From: Amoeboradix gromovi X-113
Taxonomy: Eukaryota > Fungi > Sanchytriomycota
Direction: 5' to 3'
Length of the DNA stretch: 32,000 bases
Assembly: GCA_018985225.1 (NCBI GenBank)
Contig: JADGIF010000019.1
Location: 7,103-39,102 of the forward strand
In this document: positions 20,356 to 31,345 of the stretch, piece by piece
Numbering within the stretch: the stretch's first letter is position 1
How the letters are laid out: every line of letters starts with the position of its first letter
The notes under the pieces: generated by a model
What the model was told of the DNA's origin: nothing
Databases searched by the model: none
Seen by the model: only the letters and a program-made list of their open reading frames with translations
Program-made: the position numbers and the translations under genes

Positions 20356-23140
20356 ATGCCATTAATAGAGCCTTTGGAGATATGGAAGTTAGAACAGAAT
20401 GCTAAAAATGTTAGAAATATCAGTCTATTCGCACACGTAGACCACGGAAAAAGTAGTTTAGCGGATCATTTAATTGCTTCAAATGGTGTATTTCATACTA
20501 AAATGGCGTCTAAAATGAGGTATCTTGACTATAGACCGGATGAAATCCAACGCGGTATTACAATGAAATCGGCTGGAATATCTTTGATACACAAAAAGGT
20601 CGAGGATAATCGGCAATTTGTTTTCCATTTAATTGACAACCCTGGACACCTGGATTTCATTCAGGAGACATTTTTAACATCCTATTTAACAGATGGAGCT
20701 ATTTTTCTCGTTGATGTCGTTGAAGGATTAACTCTTAGTGGTCGAGGAATGTTGTTTAAGTTATTGGATCACCGTATTCCTATAGTACTAGTTCTAAATA
20801 AAATGGATAGACTAATCATAGAACGCCAAATGACACCCTCTGAGTCCTATGATACTTTAATTGGTCTGATTAGCAAAATTAATCATGCAGTTGGTGAATG
20901 GCACGCGGTGAATCAGGTGGGTAACTGCGACCCATTAGAAGTGGAATGGTTTGAAGATTTCTTCCATCCCTTAAAGTCTAATGTCGTTTTCTGCTCTGCT
21001 AGTGACGGATGGGCATTTCGTACCATAGATTTTGCTAACTTGTATTCCGACATATGGGGTATTCCTTTGCATAAGATCCACTCATTCTTGTGGGGACCGT
21101 TCTATCCCAACCCTAATTCACCCGATAGAGCATCAACAATCAGTAAATTATCTCCACAACTGCTAACCAAAGCAAAACAAGGAAAACTGAACTATTGTTC
21201 TGTTGAATGGATGTTCAGGATGATATGGACAATTTACTCAGCAAGTGGACAAAAGGTAGTACCTGAGATATCTATAGAACTAGATGTGATCTTGAGCAAA
21301 TTAAAAATCAATTTAAATCCAAGAGACAAGTTGCTCATAAATAGTAATAAAAAGAAATTTAGTCCCAAAGATTGTGTGTCTACTGTATTTAGGTATTGGC
21401 TTCCAGTCAGCAGATGTATTCTAGAAGCCTCCATAGAGTGTTTTCCAGATCCAATATTATCAGCCCGCTATCGATTAAACACAAAGCTAACAAACAATGA
21501 GTGGTTTGGATTTAAGTGGGGTCTACTAGTATATCCTTCCAAAAGATTTGGAGGACCAACTAACAACTTAAGTGGAAAATGGCCAGAATATCCACCATGG
21601 TGTAACAAAATGAATTCAGATTTCAGTTGGGAGCAGTACGTTTTCCAAGGTGAAATTGAAAAAGACCAGTTGCTGGCGTTTAACTGTAAGCTTATTACGG
21701 CTGAAGAAAGAGATATAATACGACCAGATACAAATTTGCAATTGTTAGAAGCAGAAATGGCATTAAACACTCAAAATCCGAGTGAAAATCATTCTGATGC
21801 TGTGATATTGGGTATATGCCGTGTGTATTCAGGATACTTAAAACCCGATGCGGATTACTTCATCAGATTACCGAAAAATGACGGAAATATAAAATTGAAG
21901 ATTAAATCAGTTTTTATCTTGATGGGTAGGAGCTATGCCCAAGTGCCATTGCTATATCCAGGTAGCATAGGTGCAATTGAATTTTATGATTTGGATGATT
22001 CAACTTTGCGTCAGCTACGGTTGTTCACTTTTTCAAATATTTCAGAGTTCCCTGATTTGACATTTCAATCAGAGGAAGAAGAAGTAGCCCTTATTAAAGT
22101 TGCGCTAGAACCAGAAGATCCGAGATTGTACAACACATTCTTAAAGGGCCTAGATTGGTTGAGTATAATTGACCCGGCAGTGAACATCGAACATCTGGGT
22201 ACTGGTGAAAATGTACTTATTTGTGCGGGTGAATTGCATCTAGAAAGGTGCATTAATGATTTGAAAGAGTACCTGAACATGAGTATTACTGTTTCTGAGC
22301 CATTAGTACCGTTTAGAGAGTGTGTATCTATGCAATCAAATAAATTAGTAGAATTGGACGATATCTCATTCAAACTCACTTGTTTTAATACTTTAAATCT
22401 TGAACGTCCTGCTATTGGTCATGTCAAGTATAATGATACAGTATATGAGGTATTATTGAGTGATTCAAAAAAAAAGAATAATTTAATAATTTGTAATTTA
22501 GACAATGATGCTATAGAGTCAGCTATCTGCTCAGGGTTTCAATTAGCGTGTGCAAACGGACCATTGTGTCATGAACCGCTGTTGAACGTTGGCTTTTTGA
22601 TAGAGGACTTGATGATTACGGAAAATAGTGCTGAATGGGCCAGATATGCACCATTAATTAGAGACCAGCTGCTAGCTATAATTATGACCAGTGGACCTAG
22701 AATAGCATTAGCCATGTATGAAGTGGATATAGACTGTCTGACAGAGAGCATTGGAAAAGTATATCAAGTGGTTAACAAAAGAAAAGGATTTGTAGTTGGT
22801 GAATCTATGCAAGAAGGTACCAACTATTTTACAATAAAAGCTAAAATTCCAGTAGTGGAGAGTATGGGTGTGAGTGACGGTAATTACCATTGATGTAGAG
22901 ATAAGAAAAAAATCATCCGGTGCAGCACACCCTCAGTTAATATTTGTTGGATTTCATGTACTTGAGGAAGACCCTCTATGGAAACCGACAACAATAGAGG
23001 AGCTTGAGGATTATGGAGACACGGCAGACCGTGAGAATGTGGCAAAAAGGTATGTAGACATGGTCCAAAAAAGAAAAGGAATAATAAAAGATCGAGATAT
23101 TGCAGAAGGGGAGAAAGAGTCAGGAACGAAGAGGCAATGA
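20356..23140 (+). CDS. EFL1: Elongation factor-like GTPase 1 (Efl1/Ria1); exons 20356-22879 and 22899-23140, 921 aa
   Basis: AHVDHGKSSLAD, RGITMKS, LIDNPGH, NKMDRL, AGELHLERC. Splicing gives SD-EIRKKSSGAAHPQL...DPLWKPTT.EELEDYGDTAD. First ATG is at 20356. Confidence 0.95.
22880..22898 (+). other. 19-nt spliceosomal intron (phase 1) in EFL1
   Basis: GTAATTACCATTGATGTAG: GT-AG ends with a TTGAT branch site abutting GTAG. It contains an in-frame stop, and removal restores the conserved C-terminus. Confidence 0.9.
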
Positions 23141-23424
23141 GTACATTAATAAAAAGAGTTAAATTTACAAGTGATGTATTCAAAAAACTCCACAATGAGC
23201 TTATTATGGCAAAAGGAACACCATTGATGAAATACGAGTTGCAAACTATAGAAGAACAAGAATTTGAAAAGCATACTTTGAAGAAAAGATATGATATTAT
23301 GATGAAGGCAATGGACTCCCTAGAAAAAGACTACCCATGGCATTACAAGGAAGCAATAAAGGCAAAACCAAGAGAAGATTTGATATTTCCAAAAACTTTA
23401 AGAGCACCAGTAAATGAGGATTGA
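23137..23424 (+). CDS. Mitochondrial large-subunit ribosomal protein mL40-like (yeast Mrpl28), very short
   Basis: LKKRYDIMMKAMDSLEKDYPWHYKEA...FPKTLRAP resembles the mL40 core. Confidence 0.6.
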   Translation: MSTLIKRVKFTSDVFKKLHNELIMAKGTPLMKYELQTIEEQEFEKHTLKKRYDIMMKAMDSLEKDYPWHYKEAIKAKPREDLIFPKTLRAPVNED

Positions 23425-23580
23425 TAGGAATCAGTTCTATTTCAACTAAGATTTATCGTAATCAAATGACTTTCATAGTCCCAGTAGTCTTTACTAGACC
23501 TTTGCGATAGAATAAGGGATACTCTGTTTTTCAGTTGTGACAAACTCAGCCAGAATGTTTAAAATTAAACGAGATTTCAA

Positions 23581-23737
23581 CAGATAAAAATAGGCTACTT
23601 TACCTTCAGAAAATGAGAAATAAAGTGGTCAAATGTATAGTCCCACCTCTAGTCTAAAACGTATTTTTTGGAAGCTGGAGAAAATTAATTTGGAGCCATA
23701 TGAATGTCCAAATTGTCTTTTGGAAATGAATAGATAC
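23581..23737 (+). pseudogene. Highly decayed TnpB/Fanzor-like C-terminal relic
   Basis: IGYFTFRK*, NKVVKC and YECPNCLLEMNRY occur in TnpB order across frames. Confidence 0.45.
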
Positions 23738-24005
23738 CTAGCCAACCCGTCTCAGGGCACTTAGAGCAATAACTGGTGCACCGGGTCGATTGGTATTGTC
23801 AAAGTTTTGATTTTCTTATGAATTCAGGACTTCCAATGTGTGAGCTCCCATAAACACAATAATTCGTCTTGCCTTAATTTTCACATGATTGTTGAATGTT
23901 CTTTGAATCTATGCTCAGGTGTTAATCGATGTACCATAGACTATACTCTCTGAGTTTTAAGCTTGCTCAGTTATTAAGGGTTCGATTTTAAAACATTTGA
24001 AAAAT

Positions 24006-25838
24006 ATGAGTTTTCTGTTCAAGAGCTGGTCAGCTCAAATAGGGGACAAGGTCAGTTCATGCGGAACGCTAGACCTACATAAATATAAGGACTCTTATAT
24101 ATTCCAAAGTCAAAATAAAGACTATTATGAAAATATTTTAAAGAGGATTAAAACTCTTCAGCATCCAGGTATATTAAAATGTAAAATAGAGAATGACCAA
24201 ATATTTACTAACGAGGCTATTCCTCTATTTAAGCATCAAATGTCTCAGGAATTATTAGTTTTAGGATTTCATCAGCTTTATAAAACCTTGAAGTTTCTTC
24301 ATACTCAAGATATTATGCATGGAAATATATCAGAAGAGACTATATTTCTTGTCAACGGAGAATTTAAGCTGTTTGGGCTTGATATATGTTCCCCTATCAA
24401 AAATAATTTACTTTACAAAGCCTCGAATTTGAAGATTATTCAACTCTATCCTTCCAACCCTGATCCATCGACTATAGATGCTGTTCTTTTATACAAACTT
24501 GCTTGCCAATTAGGTCTTGGCAGCACTTTAAGTCAGTATGATATATTAAAGTGGCCCGATGCTTTGTTTGGCACTCACTGGCTAATTCATATCAGTGAGG
24601 GTTTATCTAACTTCACCATTCTTAATCAAAACGAACGCCAACAGTTACTGTCTCTAATTAACAAGCACCAAGCTGATTTACCAAAAGACCTTTGCATTAG
24701 AGTTATTATTGACTTGATTAATGCATATCTTTATGCTAATGGTGGTAAGCCTGTTTTGAATACTCTGATCGCGCTTCTTCCTAAAATTCCCCATAATGAC
24801 CATTTGAATGACCAAATCTATGAGTTATTTGCTACCAAAGACATTGATGACCGTATTATAGTTCTGCAACACATTCAGTCGTTTAAAGTCTTTTTTAATA
24901 CATCGTTAGGTGGCAAAATACTGAAGTTGCAAGTTGATACCAACCACGCCAACCCGCATTACCGAGAGTATCAAATGAGAGCCCTGATAACTCTATGCGA
25001 GTTTGTAGATCAAAAGCAACGTGATAATGATCTAATCAGACTTGTCTTGGCTTATCAAATGGATCCTGAGCCTATCATTAGAACTAACAGTGCTATTGGA
25101 CTTGGTAAAATTGCTCCATTTCTTAGCAAGGATGTTTATAGGCGTGTTGTTCCTTCTAGTTTAATGCGAGGTTTAAGGGATCCATTTCCTCCATGCCGTG
25201 CTGCAAATCTTACAGCTCTGTCGGTTTGCTGTTTAGAAATGGATGTGGAGCTTTTAGCCACACAATTACTTCCGCTAACTGCTCCGTTGTCTGTCGATAA
25301 AGATCCTCAGGTTCGCCAACAGGCACTGAAATGCTTTGATGCGCTAATTAATCGAATCAAGGAATATAATCCTCCCAGCCCAGTTGATAAACAACAAACC
25401 GACGAATCTTCCAGTTCGTGGGGCTTCTCATTATCCAAATATGTAAAATCACCCGCTAAGTCGGAGACGGATCCTATTCCCAAATCTGCATCAAATGTTA
25501 CCATAAACCCAACCAGAGCACAGGAAGAGCGAGCTTCTCTGCCTCAGCCTGTACATTCTGCTCAAGTTAAGGAGCCCGGTAACGAATGGGATGCTGGGTG
25601 GGAAGATCAGAAAATCACCACCCCTATGAGTATATCCATACAAGCACCTTTTAGCACTGTGGCTGCTTCGAAATCGCAAGCAATGAAGCTGGATTCAAAT
25701 ACAAATAATACCACTACTTCGGAATGGGGAAACTGGGATGAAGATCTGCCTGTTGTGGACAACATAAAGAAAACGAGTACTCCTAAGGAAAACAGTGTTA
25801 TTTCGAAGGAGCAAGGTGGATGGGATGTAGACTGGTAA
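24006..25838 (+). CDS. SCYL1: SCY1-like pseudokinase with HEAT repeats (SCYL1/Cex1)
   Basis: KRIKTLQHPGILK, HGNIS, FKLFGLD, QMDPEPIIRTNSAIGLGKIA, RGLRDPFPPCR, and acidic W-containing tail motifs. First ATG is at 24006. Confidence 0.9.
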   Translation: MSFLFKSWSAQIGDKVSSCGTLDLHKYKDSYIFQSQNKDYYENILKRIKTLQHPGILKCKIENDQIFTNEAIPLFKHQMSQELLVLGFHQLYKTLKFLHTQDIMHGNISEETIFLVNGEFKLFGLDICSPIKNNLLYKASNLKIIQLYPSNPDPSTIDAVLLYKLACQLGLGSTLSQYDILKWPDALFGTHWLIHISEGLSNFTILNQNERQQLLSLINKHQADLPKDLCIRVIIDLINAYLYANGGKPVLNTLIALLPKIPHNDHLNDQIYELFATKDIDDRIIVLQHIQSFKVFFNTSLGGKILKLQVDTNHANPHYREYQMRALITLCEFVDQKQRDNDLIRLVLAYQMDPEPIIRTNSAIGLGKIAPFLSKDVYRRVVPSSLMRGLRDPFPPCRAANLTALSVCCLEMDVELLATQLLPLTAPLSVDKDPQVRQQALKCFDALINRIKEYNPPSPVDKQQTDESSSSWGFSLSKYVKSPAKSETDPIPKSASNVTINPTRAQEERASLPQPVHSAQVKEPGNEWDAGWEDQKITTPMSISIQAPFSTVAASKSQAMKLDSNTNNTTTSEWGNWDEDLPVVDNIKKTSTPKENSVISKEQGGWDVDW

Positions 25839-26016
25839 CAGGTAAAATGTCCGGAACAGTAAATAACTCTATTTCAAAATCAAACTTTTATTTGTTAAAT
25901 AAAACCGCGGAAGAGTCATTGAGAAATTGAATTTCACTCATTTTCGAATTCATAAATAGCTTCTTAATATCTGTCAGCAGCGCTCTTACTTGGTTCATAG
26001 TTATGTGTTATTCAGT

Positions 26017-26883
26017 TCATTGCTGGACTAATGGGAACTTTTTGTTCATCAAGAATGGATGTTTAAACATGCTAATGGCTCTTAATCTTTTGAAGGGATC
26101 ACAATGCATCAGTAAGTTTACAAAATCTATAAATTCAAGATTGTGTGGAAAAGGGTCATTGGAATGAACCTTCTGGTAGTCTGTCAATTGCTCCTCTTCC
26201 TTAACGCATTTGAATAGAACAACATCATTGTTAAGCGGGTCAGCTAATGTCAACAACGTCGCTCCAAAACTAAATAAATCTGCAAAAGCAGTGTTATAGA
26301 CTTTATTTGCTTCAATCTCTGGAGCCGAGAATTGTGTTGTGTCCACCTTGGCAATCTGATAAGGCAGTGAAGTTGAATTTTGAAACCCACCAATCTTGGC
26401 CTTCAGAGAACCGTCTTCAAGTGACGCAAAGATGTTGAACGGATCTATGCTCAGATGAGCGTAGCCATGTAAATGAATCTGTTGTATTCCTTTGGCTAGC
26501 TGTATGCTAAACTCTAAGAATTGATTGTAATAATCCATACTATCTACATACCTTAAATTTCTGAAGTATGTGTGAGCATCCGTGTCAGCATTCTCCAGCA
26601 GGACAAAAGCGCAAACCTTTCCTTCCAGATCTCGTTCCGAAAGAAAAGCAAGTTTAGCTTTCCTAATTGGCGCTTCAGGAAAAGAACGAGTGAAATCACT
26701 CATTATACGTAATGGATATATGGTATCCATGGAACATGCTATTACATTGCGCCATAGCTTCGGTTTTTGCAGACCAACAGTTTTTGATAAAGGTTGCCAT
26801 TTGAGCTTGTAAATATCATAATTTACAGGGAACCTCGGAAAAGCTCTCGTTGCATAACATGCAAAATTAAATAATAAAAACAT
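26017..26883 (-). CDS. Putative secreted pseudokinase (288 aa)
   Basis: First ATG at 26883 gives the signal-like MFLLFNFACYA. Kinase C-lobe with HLSIDPFNI for HRD, KIGGF for DFG, plus FSAPE, ADLFSFG and DPFKR. Confidence 0.7.
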   Translation of the reverse strand: MFLLFNFACYATRAFPRFPVNYDIYKLKWQPLSKTVGLQKPKLWRNVIACSMDTIYPLRIMSDFTRSFPEAPIRKAKLAFLSERDLEGKVCAFVLLENADTDAHTYFRNLRYVDSMDYYNQFLEFSIQLAKGIQQIHLHGYAHLSIDPFNIFASLEDGSLKAKIGGFQNSTSLPYQIAKVDTTQFSAPEIEANKVYNTAFADLFSFGATLLTLADPLNNDVVLFKCVKEEEQLTDYQKVHSNDPFPHNLEFIDFVNLLMHCDPFKRLRAISMFKHPFLMNKKFPLVQQ

Positions 26884-27324
26884 GTTTACAGGGGCCGTGT
26901 CATGCGGTCCCACAACTCCATTTGGTACAAAGGCTCTGCACTTAAGAGCTATCAGCTTTCTAGGGAAGACATCGCCAGAATTATAAAATGTATCAAGTGC
27001 AGAGCCGCATGCAAATACTGAGTGCCCCTTCGGTTTAATCCTCTAATGCGCTTTAAAAACTAATGTTCAAATTATTAACCCTTACTCGATTGAACACAAA
27101 GTCAAAGACTTCTGGAAAGAATTAAGAATTTTAATTCCAAAGAGAGCCAGAAATTTGCCTTGCAACTGATTAATGAGTACAATACAAGCTTAATACTCAA
27201 TAACAGTTCTAGGTTTTGTAAAACTCAAGAACCTCTCAAGAGAAACTTACAATACTACTGGACTCAGTTCACCTGAAATATGCGGCACTAGAATCCTGAG
27301 GTGGGATTGTATAGGAATACATTT

Positions 27325-27691
27325 GGGACACCCAATGTGATTTCTAGACAAATTCAAAATCACAGTTTAAGAAAAAACGATTAGAGTTTGAAATCGCGAA
27401 TTCAGACACGAAATATAAAACAAGTCTGTGGACAACAAATACAAAAACTAGGCTAACTATCTGAGACAGTTTGAATCATTATTTCAAGTGTATTAACCGA
27501 TAGTAAATTAATCTTATTGGTTGCACCTTTTGCTTAGCACTCAAAGACCTCATGTATTTTAAAGAGGGGAATGAGATTAAAGAAAGAAAATTGGTTTGAA
27601 AGAAGAAGGACTTTTATTAATAACAGTATTTCCTCCTTACGGAGCACCTCCTTTAAAGACGAGTTACTCTAGTTTTTATATTTGGTGTCCC
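27325..27691 (+). mobile_element. 367-bp deletion derivative of the Fanzor-like TIR element
   Basis: Degenerate left TIR GGGACACCCAATGTGATTTCTAGAC, inner repeat at 27436-27458, and a right TIR ending at 27691. 27522-27691 is homologous to the reverse complement of 31512-31705. Flanks ATTT and AATC are not a clean TSD. Confidence 0.8.
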
Positions 27692-28053
27692 AATCTTAGA
27701 ATATTTTCGAGCTTGGTTAGCTCTATATTTGAAGTCCTATTCTTAAAAATATTTTCATCGTAGTGTGCTTTCTATCGCTTGATAGTATCATAGTCTGACT
27801 TATTCGAGAAATTCAGATGTTTTAATTGCGGTACAGTCATGAAGACCATAAAGATATCCACCCCAGCAAAACACGCTTACATTATAGCTATCGAAGTCGT
27901 TTACACGTAAGAATTTAAACTCTGAATTCTTACAGATCTTTTATGTCTACCGTGTCCCAAAAGGTTATTGTCGATTAGTCTCAATAAATAAAGATTTTAT
28001 TATCCAGCATCTGCTCTAACATAACTCTCCACAGATTGATTAAGAATCATTTA

Positions 28054-30735
28054 TTAATTTCTAATAACCCAGCTTCTGTTTTTTTGTAAAGCCTTTTTTA
28101 ACACTTCCTGGTATCTCTTTATTTCCGTCTTATTCAATTTTTCCCATTCTACAGTCATCAGTAACTCGCCTACTTCTACATTATAATACTCTGGCATAAT
28201 GCTATATATGTTGTATAACACTTCGACGCATTTGTTCTTTACCTTGGCTATATTATCCATTAGTTCCACTATTCTAATCATAATCCCACTAATATCCATG
28301 AACACTAACTTAATCACCAGTTCTAAGGCATTTGTTACTATTATTGTACTTTTATTCTTTACCAACTTGTTAAACAACTCGCTCATGTAGTCCATAACTT
28401 TGGTATCCATCATTACTTCATTTTCTATCAATAAACACCCCGCTTTGTAAATATGATTTATTTTACATTCCTTTCTCTTGTATCCAGTGAATGTACTCAT
28501 AAACTCATACATTTCTTCATTGTTAAGTGATTTGACACTTTCTATTGCCAATTTTATGCGTTGCGTATCATGCCCGTTTAAACACTGTATTATTCCACTT
28601 GCATAGGATTTTTTATACGCTCCGCACATCATTCCTTTCTTTAATTCCAAATACTCAATTTCTTTCAACTCATCTAGACTAGAAATTGCTGTCAGCCTTA
28701 ATTTATCGATATTTGAATAGCTGGCATATATTATATGCCCTACACATTTTCTTATTACTTCACTATCAGCGGTCATTCCTACCATTGCGCTTGTAAACAA
28801 TTTGCAGCTACTTTGTCTTACAAATGATCCCGTGTCTCCCTTGCTTTCTACAGTGTAATCTATCAGACCTTTTGCACATCGATCTATCATCGAATCTGCA
28901 AAACCACCGTAGTTTTCTGTTATTTGCAAGTACAACCGTAAAATTCTACTTTTTATTTGTCCTGCACTTGCATTTACAGCATCATATTTGGAGTCCATTA
29001 ACTGAATTATTTCTTCTATATCTTTTTTATCCTGTGTTTTGGTAGATATAAGCCTACTCAAATACTCTATAATAACTATAACATGGTCTACAACGTTTGT
29101 ATGCCTTGCGACATCCAATATGATATGCAATCCATCTAGTTGCAGCAGCCCTTCTATTACAAGCATCTTAAGGTCCATTGGATACTGGTTTATGTCCTGA
29201 CTGTTAATGTCAAATTCCTGTACCATAAGTTTATCAAATAATATGCACAGCAGATCGTTCAACAAGGATTCATCAGGACAATGTTTTAGCATGCCAACAA
29301 TTAATATACAAAGACATTTAACTTGCAAAATAAACTCGAACTGATCAACTACTAGATGCTGCTTTAGCAGGGCATAGTTGCTGGTACAGATAGAATGCAA
29401 CTGGCACAGCATGTCAGATACGGCTGGATTTAACCTTGCAGTTTCCTCGTAATCAGGCAACTGCTGTAATTTTACAAACTCATGTTGTTGTATTTGATCA
29501 CTAGCCGATAAAGCACCGAAAGAAATATCATAGTTACCAGACTCAATACACGTAGAATTGAACAAGCAATAAGACAAATGACAGGCAGCCTGGACTTTGA
29601 AATAATCACCTGTAAAAAGAGTATTAACAAATGCGGGAATTTGATTCGGGGTTATATTCAATTGAGGGCTAAATGAAGACAATGGGTTGCCAAGTGCAGA
29701 AGCGCTGTTGACTGCAACAAAATCACCAGCGCTCTTACAAGTTTGAAAACCATCTGGAATAGCATATTTTATAACTTTGGCTAACACGGCGCACCTGTTC
29801 ATCAATAAATCAGTATCCATAGTGGATTGAATTATTGTGACTAGGTAATGGATTATCCCGTTTCTGTAAAATGAGTTAAGCAAAGGTACCCTGCTTCCAA
29901 TCATATGCGAACGGTTTGAATGGCCAATGGTGTAGTAGTCGAGATAAGGAAGCAACAAAAGACCATCTAGTACAGAATAACGACCTACTAGCTCAGTAAA
30001 TACAGCAGAAGCAGCACGGCGAACGTGGTGCACAGGATCAAAGCAACACACTAATATTAAATGAAGAGATAGCATATCAACATCCTCAACTTGAGCATGT
30101 CTAGTCTTTCGCCATAATACAAACAAGGTGCAGTCGCGAATACCTTGACCAACACTTGCCGTGCCAATGCGTTTATCCAAATGGAGATACTCAAAGAGTA
30201 CAGAATTAGAAATATGAACTAGTTTCAATCTAATAAATTCACTGAATAGCAGTAAAACACCCTGAGTATACTGGTAATCCTTCATAAAGTGAAGAAGTTG
30301 ACTTAACTGAATCTCAGAATTTTTGTAGTACTGCGCTAATAATTTCGCAGTAGTGTATCTCCAGGGTTTATTAAGATTTAAAAACATAAATTGAAGTCGC
30401 TCCTGATCAGGAACGCTTAAAAGTATATAGCCAATTGCTTTCATTTGATATTTACCAGTCATAGACTTTGAATACTCGATTAACTCATCATTGCAGAAGC
30501 CATGTTTAACAAGAATCGCAATTGACTGTTGGTACTGTTTAGCGATGCAATGTGATATGAATTCATGTTTAATGGCCACACTTCTACCCAGGGCTTGCAA
30601 TTTCATCAAATAAAACGCCAGAATCTTACCAAGATACTTCTCATCCTCAATCTTGTAGATTTCACTAACATCTGGCAAGTCAGTTAAAGGTTGTTGTACG
30701 CAATTTAACATAGAAATTTGGAATTCCTGTTTCAT
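28054..30735 (-). CDS. TBCD: Tubulin-specific chaperone D, shortened (893 aa)
   Basis: WRYTTAK, SVGQGIRDCTLFVLW, CFDPVHHVRRAASAVFTELVGR, GLIDYTVESKGDTGSFVR, IDKLR. Confidence 0.9.
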   Translation of the reverse strand: MKQEFQISMLNCVQQPLTDLPDVSEIYKIEDEKYLGKILAFYLMKLQALGRSVAIKHEFISHCIAKQYQQSIAILVKHGFCNDELIEYSKSMTGKYQMKAIGYILLSVPDQERLQFMFLNLNKPWRYTTAKLLAQYYKNSEIQLSQLLHFMKDYQYTQGVLLLFSEFIRLKLVHISNSVLFEYLHLDKRIGTASVGQGIRDCTLFVLWRKTRHAQVEDVDMLSLHLILVCCFDPVHHVRRAASAVFTELVGRYSVLDGLLLLPYLDYYTIGHSNRSHMIGSRVPLLNSFYRNGIIHYLVTIIQSTMDTDLLMNRCAVLAKVIKYAIPDGFQTCKSAGDFVAVNSASALGNPLSSFSPQLNITPNQIPAFVNTLFTGDYFKVQAACHLSYCLFNSTCIESGNYDISFGALSASDQIQQHEFVKLQQLPDYEETARLNPAVSDMLCQLHSICTSNYALLKQHLVVDQFEFILQVKCLCILIVGMLKHCPDESLLNDLLCILFDKLMVQEFDINSQDINQYPMDLKMLVIEGLLQLDGLHIILDVARHTNVVDHVIVIIEYLSRLISTKTQDKKDIEEIIQLMDSKYDAVNASAGQIKSRILRLYLQITENYGGFADSMIDRCAKGLIDYTVESKGDTGSFVRQSSCKLFTSAMVGMTADSEVIRKCVGHIIYASYSNIDKLRLTAISSLDELKEIEYLELKKGMMCGAYKKSYASGIIQCLNGHDTQRIKLAIESVKSLNNEEMYEFMSTFTGYKRKECKINHIYKAGCLLIENEVMMDTKVMDYMSELFNKLVKNKSTIIVTNALELVIKLVFMDISGIMIRIVELMDNIAKVKNKCVEVLYNIYSIMPEYYNVEVGELLMTVEWEKLNKTEIKRYQEVLKKALQKNRSWVIRN

Positions 30736-30951
30736 GAATACTTAAATCAAAATGAATGAAGTTTATCAAATTTGATATGAAAAATGGTTTTAAAGACCAA
30801 TTATTGAGATGTCTAAATCGGGTTGAGAAAAATTAATGTTAAAAATTTAGGCCAAAACTTTTAAAATGAATGAGGAAGATTTGATTTCATTAATGATAAT
30901 AAGACAAAAGATACTGAGAGCGATGATAGAATTAGAAGAAAAGTAAATCAT

Positions 30952-31221
30952 TTATTCGAATGTAATTTGTTTCGCGTCCGGGACTCTTTGAGGTTGAACA
31001 CTTGTAGAGTGTTCAACGGTATGGTGAATCATTTTTGACATGATAGAACCAAGGATCATTTGCAAAACTAATGGCAGGTGAACTTGAGAACGATGACTCT
31101 GGGTAGTTACCGGCTCACTTTCGTCACAACCTGTTTCTTGCTCTCGATGAGCAGTTGTTCTAATAACGACAAAAATCGGTGCAGCTGTGGCCAAACTCAA
31201 CATTAAAATGAAAAAATTCAT
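30952..31221 (-). CDS. Putative small secreted protein (89 aa)
   Basis: First ATG at 31221 gives MNFFILMLSLATA-AP, a signal-peptide-like start. AATAAA overlaps the stop. Confidence 0.55.
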   Translation of the reverse strand: MNFFILMLSLATAAPIFVVIRTTAHREQETGCDESEPVTTQSHRSQVHLPLVLQMILGSIMSKMIHHTVEHSTSVQPQRVPDAKQITFE

Positions 31222-31345
31222 GTCGTCAGTTTCTGCGAGGAGATTTGCAATAGGTAGCACTCCTAGGTAAATTTATCCAATCATAGGTTAGCACATGTAC
31301 TTGCCTCAGATCAGCGTGATTAATGCTGAGAGCAAAATAAATTAT

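Noticed and set aside
26884-26913. Non-ATG starts from the ORF track (also 1558, 20317, 23997, 31260)
   Set aside because: In this eukaryotic context the first in-frame ATG gives a more sensible N-terminus.
27952-27960. GTGTCCCAA as another TIR
   Set aside because: Only the terminal 7 nt match; the rest of the TIR core is absent.
30727-30741. Possible 15-nt GT-AG intron at the TBCD 5' end
   Set aside because: It has no YTRAY branch motif, and I see no convincing upstream exon.
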